NCBI GenBank assembly: GCA_964016885.1
Contig: OZ024743.1
Location: 77,996,001-78,060,000, forward strand
Direction of reading: 5' to 3'
Source: Eledone cirrhosa
Lineage: Eukaryota
DNA length: 64,000 bases
Shown here: piece by piece, positions 28,047-41,928 of the stretch
How positions within the stretch are numbered: position 1 is the stretch's first letter
Layout of the letters: every line of letters starts with the position of its first letter
Position numbers and translations under genes: made by a program
The notes under the pieces: model-generated
Database searches by the model: none
What the model saw: the letters and a program-made list of their open reading frames with translations, nothing else
What the model was told of the DNA's origin: nothing

Positions 28047-28232
28047 TCTAGTCTGTTATTGATTGGTGGTTGCGATTTGTCTATAATCGGTGCTTCTTTA
28101 ATTCTAAGATTGCCGAGGTTTCTTTCCTTAGCTTCTATCCTAACTATTATGTTTTTGTCGGTGTTTTTGCATTTCACTAGGTGTTTCTTAAATGAGGAAG
28201 CGTTAATATTGAGGTGTTCTTTTATTCTTATG
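28047..28232 (-). mobile_element. PLE GIY-YIG C-terminal remnant
   Basis: The minus strand reads RIKEHLNINASSFKKHLVKC..LRIKEAPII..PPINNRLEL. Confidence 0.6.
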
Positions 28233-28440
28233 TGAAGTGGACAAAAACATTCCGTACACTATTGATTGGTCTATTTTAGACCATACAAGAGAATACCAAA
28301 GGCGCACAAAGAAATGTTCTTTGTGCACCACGGAAAAATTTAGAATTCTCCAAAACTTGAAATCCCCTTCTTCAACTCCGAGATCTTCAGATGTTGTCCA
28401 CATCTGAAATCGCATCTACTTTTTAACTGGATTGTCATTT
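28233..28440 (+). mobile_element. Nematis-like EN C-terminal remnant
   Basis: YQRRTKKCSLCTTEKFRIL..SEIFRCCPH. Confidence 0.55.
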
Positions 28441-28964
28441 CTACGATGACTCAACCACCTTGAGTTTCTTCTTTACTCATTACGCCTTCCACTCACCACG
28501 AATATTATTACCCTATGAACTCATACTTCTTACCCATATATACCTTTTCTCCCTCATCTTCTTCTATATCTCTTTATATTTATTATTTTTTCCTATTATT
28601 GAAAAATATTTTCAGTTGACTTATAATCCCCCCTACTTTCTACCTTACCCTTTACACATACACACCTACCACCTTTATCCTTTGCTCAGTTCACTCTTTA
28701 ACCAGATACTCTTATCTAGATCTCATCGCAAACCTTTTACAACACTTTTTTCCCTTACCTATTCTTAATATTTGTGTTTATTATTTCAATTTTACTCCCC
28801 CTTTGTACTTACTTACCCACTAGGTTTTTATGTTCTCACATATAGCTGAGTGCGGGCGCATTTGCAGACAGGCTCATGTGTTCTTACATTTATAGTATTT
28901 TGATTATTTATTTGTACGTGTGTGTGTATGTGTGTATGTGTGTATGTGTGCGTGTATGTATATG

Positions 28965-28999
<35 letters not shown>

Positions 29000-29001
<2 letters not shown>

Positions 29002-29542
29002 GCATACGTCAAGACGGGCGGTCTCAAAAGTGAAACTAATTTTTGAATTTGTGAATTTGTTTGTTTTTTTTACAAACGCAATTGTATGGATTTCTTAATA
29101 TATATATATGTGTGGGTGTGTATATGTGTGTATATATATGTGTGTGTGTATGTATATATATATATATGTGTTTGTATATATATATGTGTTTGTGTCATCA
29201 TCATCGTTTAACGTCTATCTTCCACGCAAGCATGGGTTTAGACGTATATATATGTGTGTTTGTGTGTATATATATGTGTCTGTATATATATATATGTGTA
29301 TGTGGCCACATATATATACACACAAACACACATATATATATACACACAAACACATATATACACACAAACATATATATACGTCTAAACCCATGCTTGCGTG
29401 GAAGATAGACGTTAAACGATGATGATGACACCCACACATATATTTAAGAAATCCATGCAATTGCGTTTGTAAAAAAACAAACAAATTCACAATGTCAAAA
29501 ATTAGTTTCACTTTTGAGACCACCCGTCTTGACGTATGCCAT
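29000..29542. repeat. Nested inverted repeat (fold-back) containing RTE-type 3' tails
   Basis: 29000-29120 is inverted relative to 29428-29542. The inner 29195-29245 is inverted relative to 29378-29430. Confidence 0.75.
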
Positions 29543-30703
29543 ATATATATGTATATATATATATATGTAAGAATTAAAATACTAGAGTGCGTTGGAGTAA
29601 AACACACTCGTCATATTATAGAAATGACAGTATAGGATATAGCTCAATGTAATACAACAGAGCCGAAAAATTATAAAAATAGACAAAGAAGCCTTCAATA
29701 CATCAAAAGTCTTTATTAGCCTATAATGTTTCGTCCCACTAATAAGGACTCATCAAGGCAATTAAACAGATAAGAAGCATTAACGGCCAGAACTACCCAA
29801 AACTCAGAAGAATAGGGAATTCATATCTATGAAAGCTTATGAGAGATATGAAGGAAAAGCATGCTAAAGCTAAAAGTTTGCAGTTACAAAAATAGATTAT
29901 ATGGCAAGGAAGTGAGTAAAATGTCAAACCAACGTAGAAATTACAGTGTGATACAAATATATTGAATACAACATGGTAATATAATATGAGAATTACAAAA
30001 CAATATAATGGGTAATAAAGCTTAATATATGTATATATATATATTCATATATATATACATTTACACAAATACATACTAACACTTAATAAGTATAAATATA
30101 CTCTTTATAATATTAAATAAAATAAAATAAAAACACCCTGACGGTGCGCATAAACTATATAAAAAATAAGCTATACAAGAAATAATATAATAATATAGAC
30201 ATCAAAAATATACAGAACTACATCAAACATATCACTTAATGTCAACAAGTTGTATATAAAGTTATACACAGGGCAATAAAAAATATCTTAATAAAACTGG
30301 AGTATGTTGAGAAATATATATATATATATAAATACATAAGTACATAAAGTATTGATAATAAGTATATATGCAGTATACATTTATAAAATATTACAAAGTA
30401 TTATAAAATATAACAAAACAGTACCTTAAAAATCAGACAAAATAATACGTATAATTCCATTACATAGAAATAATATGATATATAAATATTACTATTATAA
30501 TGATAAATAATATAATAATATAAAAATATAAAAGCAGACTGGCAGAGTCAATTGAAAATGTTTAAGAGATATTTACGCGAATGATATATTATATTAATAT
30601 AGGGAGGCAAGTTATTATGTAAAGCATATTATAGGAAGACAAAGCAGCAAGTGGTAGTGAAGAAGTAATGATGATGATGATAGGACGACAGACATCAAGT
30701 GGT

Positions 30704-30739
<36 letters not shown>

Positions 30740-30930
30740 GAAGAACAAAAAAACAAAAACAAGCACAGTACGTAGGTATAACGATTCATTATGTAAATAT
30801 AGAAGGTATTATTACTCTAAACTAAAGAGTTGAATAGAAAACCTTATTAAATTAATTAATATTAAAATTGCCTAAAGGATATTATTAGTAAGTCTAAATG
30901 GAATAAATTTTAAGTCATCAAAGTCGTATT

Positions 30931-30971
30931 GCACTGATGAGTCCTTATCAATGGGACGAAACATTGTAGGC
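30931..30971 (+). ncRNA. Type I hammerhead in an inverted pLTR pair; inverted copy at 29719-29759
   Basis: CTGATGA-GTCC..GGAC-GAAA-CATTG-TA. 30928-31015 is inverted relative to 29672-29762. Confidence 0.75.
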
Positions 30972-31070
30972 TAATAAAGACTTTTGATGTATTGAAGCTT
31001 CTTTGTCTATTTTTATAATATATATATATGTATGTATATGTACGTATGTATATATGTGTGTGTGTATGTA

Positions 31071-31113
<43 letters not shown>

Positions 31114-31566
31114 GTATATATATATATGTATGTATATATATATATATAAATGCGTGTGTATGTGTTTGTATGTGTGTTTGTATATATGTGTGTGTGTATG
31201 CGTTTGTATGTATATTTATGTGTGTGAGTTTATTTATGTTTATATTATACTTATATATGGTTCTATGTATGTGTTTACGTATATAGTTGTGTGTATGCCG
31301 TTGTATATATGCTTTTGTCTTTGTCTGTATAGTCTTACGTATGGTTTTGTATGCGTGTGTTGATTTCTTATTACGTGAGAGTGCGCGCACGCATGTGTAT
31401 ATGTTTGTACGTAGGTTTTGTACCAATGCTCTTTTTCGTAGGGTTTTGTGTGTGTTAGTATATTTGGTTGTATGCATGTTTTTATATAGGTGTGTATGCG
31501 TGTGTATGTGTATGTGTATATGTATTTTTGCACGCATGTGGATGTGTACGTATGTTTAGTTTATAT

Positions 31567-31658
<92 letters not shown>

Positions 31659-32094
31659 GAATATACACATACATTTGTGTATGTGTTTTTATACGTGTGT
31701 ATGAGTATTTTTGCATCTTTCTGTGTGTGTGTGCGTGTGTATGTATGTGTGTATACATATATATATATATGTATATATATATTTTATATATATATATATT
31801 TATGTATATGCACACCTTGTGTATTTGTTTATTTTTAATTGTTTTTATCCTCCCCTCCTCCTCTCACTTATCGTTGTCAACACGTATCCTTTGTTTTTAT
31901 TTTTTATTTTTTACTTTATATTTTTTGTTCTTATTCATTTATTTATTTAATCTTATTACTTCATGTATATGTATGTGTATGTATTTTGTCCATATCTGTA
32001 GATACATATACGCTTATGTGATAATGTATACGTCTACGTACTTTTTAAGTATATGCGCGTGGTTGAGAGTGTGTGTATGTTTATATATTTATTG

Positions 32095-32170
<76 letters not shown>

Positions 32171-32177
<7 letters not shown>

Positions 32178-33130
32178 ATACTTTGGGAGGGTCATGTTGC
32201 CAATAAGAAACACACGCACCAGTTGCTTTCACTTCAATTTAATTTATTAAATATTTATAAGTTTACAAATTTATAAATTTATAGATTTCTGGTTGGTTGG
32301 TTGGTTCCACAACCAGATAGTTGTTTATATATATATAGTCATAGTTCTTTCGTCACACACTCTGTGACCTCTTCAGTGACTGGGGATTTCTTTCTTCGTT
32401 TCTGTGCCTTTCCTTTCTTCTATCCTACGCCATTTTGTTTGTGTGTGGGTTGCGTGACACAAGAAAGACGCAATGTTTAGGCAAATTACAGAGGCAGTAA
32501 GCATAAAAGAATTAAAACCAAAATTAAATAGAAAATATGAGTGGAACAGCAACATCACAACTTACAATTAAGGACAAAATGAAAACACACACACACATAG
32601 AACAAACAACTTACAATTGAAAACACACACAAGACAAAATGAAAACACACACACACATAGAACAAACAACCAACCAACAATAAATAAATAAATAAACAAA
32701 CAAATAGAAAAATATAAATAGAAAAATAGAAAAATGAACACAAACACACACACAGACACCCGGATGTGGCGCATGCGCAAACTTAGCACGCAACCCACAC
32801 ACAAACAAAATGGCGTAGGATAGAAGAAAGGAAAGGCACAGAAACGAAGAAAGAAATCCCCAGTCACTGAAGAGGTCACAGAGTGTGTGACGAAAGAACT
32901 ATGACTATATATATATAAACAACTATCTGGTTGTGGAACCAACCAACCAACCAGAAATCTATAAATTTATAAATTTGTAAACTTATAAATATTTAATAAA
33001 TTAAATTGAAGTGAAAGCAACTGGTGCGTGTGTTTCTTATTGGCAACATGACCCTCCCAAAGTATAACAATATCGGTTTCAACACACGATTTCAGATAAA
33101 GAATCTTGCTAAACAAATTCAGAAACGAAA
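32171..33130. mobile_element. PLE family A' 3' remnant with inverted pLTR; HHRs at 32337-32381 (-) and 32862-32906 (+)
   Basis: 32171-32456 is inverted relative to ~32785-33072. AGTCA-CTGAAGA-gGTCACA..GTGAC-GAAA-GAAC-TA-TGACT. EN tail FRQITEAVSIKELKPKLNRK. Confidence 0.85.
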
Positions 33131-33297
33131 TATATATATATATATATATATGTATTCTTTTTCTCTTCTACTTCGCCCGTTGTTTCCTCAGCCTCACTTT
33201 CATATTTCTTATCATGTTTTATTCCTTCTGACGACTGAAAACAGATATATCTGCTTTCACTGGTAAATGAAATAATTATCTTATGTTGTTTATCACA

Positions 33298-33390
<93 letters not shown>

Positions 33391-34389
33391 ATGTGTGTGA
33401 GTGTGTGTGGCGTTGTCATTTGATGTTGTTGAAAAGGGGGGTGGCCTTGACCCGGCAATAAAAACTGGAGACAAGGCACACACAGACACACGCTCAAGTT
33501 TGTTTGTGTGTGTGTGTGTGTTAGTGTGCGCGCGCGTGTGTATATGTGTGTGTATCTATCTATGTATATATATATATAAGGGATACAGATATTGTTTGTT
33601 CACTGTCACCAAGCATCTCAATTCATTCGTTGCAATTTAGTTTGTGATCGAGGCACTTTATTTTGCAAGGTACTATTTTTTCCCTCGAGTTTGTGATTCA
33701 AGAGAAACTCTTCATATTTTGCATCTTTTGTATTTTGACTTTACAGTTTGAATTGTAGAATTGTCTATCCACTCAAAATATTACAACAGGTAACAGTGAA
33801 ATATAGAATTTAAAAAAGAAAGCTTATTTGACTGAGATCAAATCTTTGAGAACATTCACCTCTTTTTGTTTTTAAATATATAATTTGAAATAGCTTGTTT
33901 TGTTTTGGACTGAAACTTTTTTGTATTTAATTCGTACGAGTATTTTTTAAAGACCTTTTTAAAGATTCTAACATAACTTGATTTGGCCCAGTAATCTACT
34001 GATATTAAAACCAGTAGTATATTGAAAAATGGAAAAATAGGGTAGGAGGGGGGGGGGGGGCGTTTCCTGATTTTGAGGGGCAAAAGGGGACGTATGGCCG
34101 AAATGGGTTGAGGACTTTGTCCTAACGGATAGTACGAACAATACGCGGATAATTTACATCTTGATGTGGTAGCTAAGTATATTTTATGTTTATACCATTA
34201 TTTATTTGTTTAGGTAAGTATACCTTACCGTATGTTTTGTGGAGGTAATATACTTTCTCGTACGTATATATGTTTGTATTTGTTATAGGTGTATATATTA
34301 TATGTATTGGTATGTGAGTATATGGTTATGTATATATGTGTGTGTGTGTATATGTATGTATATGTATATATGTATGTATATTATATATG

Positions 34390-34484
<95 letters not shown>

Positions 34485-34778
34485 GTGAGTTTCTTTTTAC
34501 AAAATGAAAAATAACCGAGGTGTCCTACACGAGTGAAAGTATAAAGAAAAAGAGATGAAATCGAAAATGCAACTGGAGTCTTATTTTTTTTAAAAAATAA
34601 GACTCATGTGTATATTTCTTTCTATGTGTATATATGTGTATGTATGTGTTTATGTGTGTATATGTATGTATATGTATGTGTGTGTGTATATATATGTATG
34701 TATATGTATGTGTGTGTTTGTATGTATGTGTGTATATGTATGTATATGTGTATATGTATGTATGCGTATGTGTATATG

Positions 34779-34842
<64 letters not shown>

Positions 34843-34858
34843 ATAATAATATATATAT

Positions 34859-35596
34859 GGGCGATATCCAATTTTAGTGGACTAAATGCTGCTTACGTGC
34901 TGTAGTTGCTGCTTACTTCAATGTATGAAGCTATTCCAACAAATTTACATTCCCTTTTTTTTAGCCGTTAAAAGAAATATAGATTTATTTATTGTTTTTT
35001 TTTTTGCGATTTATTTGCCACTGGGGCATAGATTTCTTTATTTGACACGATTTTGTTTGTTTGTTTGTTTGTTTTTTTGCGATTTATTTGCCACTAGAGC
35101 ATTAGGCGGGTAGCGAAAGTAGCAATAATGGCCCGTGTAAGTGGGCCATCTCTCTATATCGGCTTGTACAGGTAAGAGAAGAAGGGAGCACCCCCCTCTC
35201 TCTCTGCTCCCTGGCAGAAAGGTCGCACACTTTCTACGGGGGTGTGTGTGACCCCAAAACGCTGCCTCTCTATTGAGGACTTAATTTTTTATATTCCTTT
35301 TTAATCATTCGTTAAATGTTTGTACTTGATTTGTGCAAAAAATTCCCCCGCCTAATGCTCTAGTGGCAAATAAATCGCAAAAAAACAAACAAACAGACAA
35401 ACAAAAACGTGGCAAATAAAGAAATCTATGCCCCAGTGGCAAATAAATCGCAAAAAAAAAACAATAAATAAATCTATATTTCTTTTAACGGCTAAAAAAA
35501 AGGGAATGTAAATTTGTTGGAATAGCCTCATACATTGAAGTAAGCAGCAACTACAGCACGTAAGCAGCATTTAGTCCACTAAAATTGGATATCGCC
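34859..35596. mobile_element. MITE or fold-back DNA element with ~250-bp TIRs
   Basis: GGCGATATCCAATTTTAGTGG... at 34859-35110 is inverted relative to ~35348-35596. Non-coding, GC-richer core. TSD is unclear in the TA context. Confidence 0.75.
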
Positions 35597-35599
35597 TAT

Positions 35600-36300
35600 T
35601 ATGCAGTAAGAAACACAGTAAACCGTGTGTCTAATATTACAAGGGTTGAAAGACCACATTTGTTTGAAATATTTAACCATGAAGCAGACAGAATGATAAA
35701 ATAAAATTACATTATACAAACCGCCTCAATAACAATTATATCTCTCGGACAGATTATTATTATTATAATGCTCAGTATTTTATACTTGGAGCTTAATAGT
35801 TACAGGGTTTCAATAAGAGTTATTAACTCTAATTTTCATTTATATTTCGGCTCCCTCATGAGGTGAGCTTATTAAGTTGTGTGTGTTGGACTGTTGTTTC
35901 TAACCAATACACGCTTACCACGTTTGACTAGCGGCGCACGAGGTGTGTGAACGTTGGTGCATAGTGTTTGTCGCATTTAATCAGATTCTCTCGCTGATGA
36001 TGCCTATGATTATCTGTTGCAAACACACTCAGGGCGAAACAGATTAGGGATAATCTGTCCGAGAGATATAATTGTTATTGAGGCGGTTTGTATAATGTAA
36101 TTTTATTTTATCATTCTGTCTGCTTCATAGTTAAATATTTCAAACAAATGTGGTCTTTCAACCCTTGTAATATTAGACACACGGTTTACTGTGTTTCTTA
36201 CTGCATATATATTATTATTATAATGCTCAGTATTTTATACTTGGAGCTTAATAGTTACAGGGTTTCGATAAGAGTTATTAACTCTAATTTTCATTTATAT
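35600..36300 (+). mobile_element. Retrozyme-like non-coding element (inverted arm plus ~1.2 monomers of ~455 nt)
   Basis: 35600-35756 is inverted relative to 36051-36207. 35765-35845 recurs at 36220-36300. HHR inside. Confidence 0.7.
35987..36066 (+). ncRNA. Canonical type I hammerhead ribozyme with a full stem III
   Basis: TCTCTCG-CTGATGA-tGCC..GGC-GAAA-CAGATTA(GGGA)TAATCTG-TC-CGAGAGA. Predicted cleavage after C36059. Confidence 0.88.
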
Positions 36301-36362
36301 ATATTTATATATATATATATGTATATGTGTATATATGTGTAGATATATGTATATATGTATAC

Positions 36363-36444
<82 letters not shown>

Positions 36445-36662
36445 TTGTATGTGTATATGTATGTATATGTGTGTGTGTGTACACATATATATGTGTATGT
36501 ATGTATTTATTATATGTATGTGTATGTGTATATGTATATATATGTATATATGTGTGCAGGCGTGTGTATATGTGTATATGTATGTGTGTATATATATGTG
36601 TGAATGTGTGTGTATATATATATATATATATATGGATATATATATATATATATGGATATTCA

Positions 36663-36705
<43 letters not shown>

Positions 36706-36818
36706 GTGTATATGTGTGTGTATATATATGTATATATATATATATGTGCATGCGCATGTATATGTATACGAATGTGTATGTATATGTGTATATGTATATA
36801 TATATATATGTATATATA

Positions 36819-38380
36819 TATGAAAGACGTAAAATAAGAAAATTTTAAAATTAACTTACTAAAATTTTCACTCCAACTAATTAGTTTCTGTTTAATATAG
36901 TTACGTAACGCAACTATAGAGAAGTCCTTACGTCATCAGGGAGTCTATTCTCAGCTAAGTTCCCAGGCAATGCGCGGACACTAGGAACCCATATACAAAT
37001 AATAATTCAGTGGATGGAAAAAAGCTTGCGGGGACTAGATTCCAGGGCACTGAAAAAATTCACTGCCTACTTGGTCAGTGGCAAATTCTAAAGAATCAAT
37101 CACGTGACACTGAGGTTAATCAGTGACAAGAGCCTAACTACGACCATGAAGCATAGCAGTAAATTTTGGCAAGTTTTGCTCAACAAATAATTTGGAGATA
37201 AATATAGAGAATTAGTATATCTACCAACATATGTATACAGATATATACCCATGCTAGCAAATATATATGTTATGTCTTAGTACCTTTGTGGTTCTATGCA
37301 GGGGGATGCAGAACAATTATATGAAAGACGTAAAATAAGAAAATTTTAAAATTAACTTACTTACTAAAATTTTCACTCCATGGTAGTAGTTAGGCTCTTG
37401 TCATAATACCACCCCACTCCTCACTGATTAACCTCAGTGTCACGTGATTGATTCTTTAGAATTTGCCACTGACCAAGTAGGCAATGAATTTTTTCAGTGC
37501 CCTGGAATCTAGTCCCCGCAAGCTTTTTTCCATCCACTGAATTATTATTTTTATATGGGTTCCTAGTGTCCGCGCATTGCTTGGGAACTTAGCTGAGAAT
37601 AGACTACCTGATGACGCAATGACTTCTCTATAGTTGCGTTACGTAACTATATTTATTCCCTTACAGAAACTAATTAGTTGGAGTGAAAATTTTAGTAAGT
37701 AAGTTAATTTTAAAATTTTCTTATTTTACGTCTTTCATATAATTGTCCTGCATCCCCCTGCATAGAACCACAAAGGTACTAAGACATAACATATATATTT
37801 GCTAGCATGGGTATACATCTGTATACATATGTTGGTAGATATACTAATTCTTTATATTTAACTCCGAATTATTTGTTGAGCAAAACTTGCCAAAATTTAC
37901 TGCTATGGTTCATGGTAGTAGTTAGGCTCTTGTCATAATACCACCCCACTTCTCACTGATTAACCTCAGTGTCACGTGATGGATTCTTTAGAATTTGCCA
38001 CTGTCCAACAGGCAGTGAATTTTTCCAGTGCCCTGGAATCTAGTCCCCACAGGCTTTTTTCCATCCACTGAATTATTATTTTTATATGGGTTCCTAGTGT
38101 CCGCGCATTGCCTGGGAACTTAGCTGAGAATAGACTCCCTGATGACGTAAGGACTTCTCTATAGTTGCGTTACGTAACTATAGTTATTCCCTTACAGAAA
38201 CTAATTAGTTGGAGTGAAAATTTTAGTAAGTTAATTTTAAAATTTTCTTATTTTACGTCTTTCATATAATTGTTCTGCATCCCCCTGCATAGAACCACAA
38301 AGGTACTAAGACATAACATATATATTTGCTAGCATGGGTATACATCTGTATACATATGTTGGTAGATATACTAATTCTTT
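36819..38380. mobile_element. Retrozyme-like array: ~1.1 inverted plus ~1.9 direct monomers of ~532 nt
   Basis: TGGTAGTAGTTAGG at 37381 and 37913. 36819-37380 is the reverse complement. One HHR per monomer. No ORF. Confidence 0.75.
38133..38215 (+). ncRNA. Type I hammerhead; further copies at ~37603-37685 (+) and ~36869-36945 (-)
   Basis: ACTCC-CTGATGA-cGTAAGG..inner hairpin..CCTTACa-GAAA-CTAATTAG-TT-GGAGT. Confidence 0.8.
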
Positions 38381-38399
38381 ATATGTGTATATTTATATA

Positions 38400-38612
<213 letters not shown>

Positions 38613-38649
38613 ACATATATATATATATATATATGTATGTATATGTGTG

Positions 38650-38711
<62 letters not shown>

Positions 38712-38748
38712 CACACATATACATACATATATATATATATATATATGT

Positions 38749-38800
<52 letters not shown>

Positions 38801-38804
<4 letters not shown>

Positions 38805-40657
38805 AGGCAGTACGAACAAAGGTTTATTAATTTCACGCTCTTGAGAGTGGGGTGTGGTGGGGAACGACGTTTCGAGCATAAGCCCTTCTTCAGGTGAAAA
38901 GTGTGTGGGAAGAGAGTTCAAAGGGTGTGTAGGGGAGTGGTGGAGAGACATATAGCAAAAAGGGGGTGAGAGGAAACGGTGCAAATGAAATTAAAAATAA
39001 AGGCATGATCAAAATAAAATTAAAATGGGGTAAAACAGGTGGTGGAAGGGTGTGGGGCGTGTAGGGGTGGTGGCGGGTGGAGTGGGGAGAGGGAGACGTG
39101 ATGTCCGAGCGGGTAGGGCTGAAGGTGGTGTGTGTGTGTTGGTGTACGTGTGTGTGTGTGTGTATGTGAAAGCAAGGGTTGGGGGAAGAACGGGGTTGCA
39201 TGTTCAGGAAGAGGTGTGTGTGGGGTGGGGTGTAGGTCGGAGTGCGTGTGCGTGTGTGGATAGAGGGATGGGGGGAGAGGATTCCGGAGGCTTAATGTGT
39301 AAATATGTGGTGGTACGCACGTGTGTGTGTGGTGTTTATGCGTGTTGTGGACGTAGGTGGCGTGTGGGAAAAAAATTTTTTTTGGGTGTGTGTCTGGGGT
39401 GAGTCGCAAAGGTAATTCCGTAAAAAGATGTGGTGGAATGCTGACTAAAATCCTGGGATGCGGTAGATTCTCGGGATCAACGTTCACATATGTGTAATCC
39501 GTGAAGAGATTGGTCGGAAGAGGGGAGATGTGGGGTGCGCGCGCAACAGGATGTGGTCAGAGGGTCAAGGCAGGAGGAGGGTTGTGTGTCTGTGTGTGCT
39601 GGGAGGTGGTCAGAGGGCATAGCAGCAGTAGGGTAGAATGGTAAGTGAAGGTGTGTCAGTGTGTGCGGAGGTGCGGTGGACAGGGTAGAGGATGGGTAGG
39701 TGTGAAAGTTGGAATGAGGAGGGTGTGTGTGTGTATTAGTAGAGGTGTTAGTGGGATGAGTGAGTGTTTGAGAAAGGGTGTGGGTGGAGCGGGGAGAAAA
39801 GGGTGTGGGGGCCGATGGAGGGAGTGTAGTGTACTGGTGTGTGTGTGTGGTGAAGGGGGTGTTAGTGGGTGTTAGTATACTGGAGGTGGAGAAAGGGTTG
39901 AATGCAGGTGTGAGTGGGGGTCAGTGGGGGTAGGGTGTGTAGAGTGGGTGGTGTAAGAGGGGGTGTGTGTGTACGTGTGCGTGGGGTTGGGGGGTATTAG
40001 TGATGTTAGTTGCGGGGTGGTGGGGTGGATGTCTGGGGGTGAGGGTTAGTGGTGGTAGTAGGGTGTGTGTTTAGTGTGAGCGCGTGTATATATGTACCGG
40101 TGGGTGTGTGCGTGTGATAAGGAGGGGGGAGGAGAAGAAGGGAGGGATGTTAGTATGTTAGTTGGAGAAGGGGGGTCGGATGTGGGGTGGAGGTGTTAGT
40201 ATTGTTAGTTGTGGGGTGGGCGGTGAAGAGGAGGGGGTGTTAGTGGTGTTAGTGGGGGATATGTGTGGGAGGAGGGGGGAGGGTGGCAGTCGAAGGCTAA
40301 AGGAATAAGGGTGGGGAGATCAGGCCTGGGGGGAGTGTGGGTCTGTAGGATGAAGATGGTTCGTTGTTCGACTCTTAGGAGATTGGCGGGTGTTCCGTGG
40401 CATTGGAGTAGGCCACAGACTGTGAGGTGCTGTGCGGAATGTCCAGGGGCACCAAAGTGGCAGGCGATGGGGGAACTACCACCGAGACGAATATCCCGGA
40501 GGTGCTCAGTAAATCTGTCCGCCAGGCGACGTCCAGTCTGTCCGACGTAAGTCGCGCTGCACTCCGTGCAGCAAAGTCCGTAGACTAGGTTGGAGGAGGT
40601 GCAGCGAAAGGCATGCCGGACAGAGAGAGAGTGGCCGTTGGGACCCTGGAAGGTGGT
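38801..40657 (-). mobile_element. 5'-truncated Neptune-like PLE (EN plus 3' UTR)
   Basis: Colinear with 12527-14420. HHR core at ~38866-38898. Both ends lie in (TA)n. Confidence 0.88.
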
Positions 40658-40680
40658 ATATATATATATATATATAAAAT

Positions 40681-41865
40681 CATCATCATCATCATCTTCG
40701 TTTAACGTCCATTTTCCACGCTAGCATGGCTTAGACGGAAGTTGTCCCACTTGAGGCAAGGCTGGTTGGGTGACCGTATCTCGCTCATATAGGACTATCT
40801 GGCAGGTTTTCTACGGCTGGATGCTCTTCCTAACACTAACCACATTTACAGTGTGGAACTGGGAAATTTTTACTGTGTTACCTACACGGCCACATTACAG
40901 CGTGGACTGTGTGTGTTTTTTGTCGTGACACCTACACGATCTCGATCTCATTTTCTCGTGCTGTTGGTGAGAGTGGGAGGATAGGGTAGGGGTAGTGGAT
41001 TGGGGTCCCTACTGTAGGTTTCGCTTTGTAATACGCAAGTCGGGTCTTCTGTATTACTGCGTAGCGCCAAAGATCTCGGTCCAGTGATATTGTCATAGAG
41101 AGATGTAAGTGTGTGAGGTCGGAATTTATCAGATTATCCCAGGTTTTTCTGGGTCTACCTACTCCGTAACTACTATCAATTTTGATCGCCCTGCACTTTT
41201 TTATGCAGCTGTCGTCTTTCATGCGCATCACGTGACCATACCAACGTAGTTTTCTCTCAAGTAAACAGCATCTGATCCTTCTTATTCCTAATTTCTCACT
41301 TAGTTCATTTATGCTTTGCCGTTCACGTATATTACTATTACACATCCAACGGAGTATGCATGCTTCGTTCTTCTCCAGTCTGCGCAGGTCCTCTGCACAC
41401 AATGCCCAAGTCTCACTGCCATGTAGCATTGATGTTCGTATACAAGCATCATACAATCTGCATTTTATTTTTAGAGAGAATCCTTTAGTGGCCAATAGTG
41501 ATATAAGCTCTCTGAACTTTTTCCATCCCGTTCTGACTCTGGCTACTGTACTTTCAGAGCACCCTCCACCACTGCTGATCTTGTCACCCATGTAACAGAA
41601 GGTGTTCATATTTCTATAGAACCATCTGTGCAATGGAATGAGCTAGTATCCTGTTGACACTTGCTACTTATTGCACCTGAGCATTGGCCACATATATAAT
41701 CTACGTTCTGAGATAGTTTACCTGTGATCCCACTACATCTTTTATGTACCCAGACTTTGCATTTGGGACATAAAATGGAATTTCTGCCTACTCCTTTCCT
41801 ACACACTGAGCATGGCCATTTCCCTGAGGGCACTTGTGCCGTATTTTCCTTTCTACAAACTAGAA
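40681..41865 (-). mobile_element. RTE-clade LINE 3' part with an adjoining SINE-like segment and (GAT)n tail
   Basis: WPCSVCRKGVGRNSILC..WVHKRCSGI, FCYMGD, LHGSETW, LRWYGHVMR and GRPRKTW. Tail ..GACGTTAAACGAAGATGATG. Confidence 0.8.
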
Positions 41866-41928
41866 CATATATATATATATATATATGTGTATGTGTATAT
41901 ATGTGTATATGTGTGTGTATATATATAT

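Noticed and set aside
33228-33285. CTGACGA..GAAA hammerhead candidate
   Set aside because: A stem II hairpin is present but stem I does not pair. At best a decayed copy.
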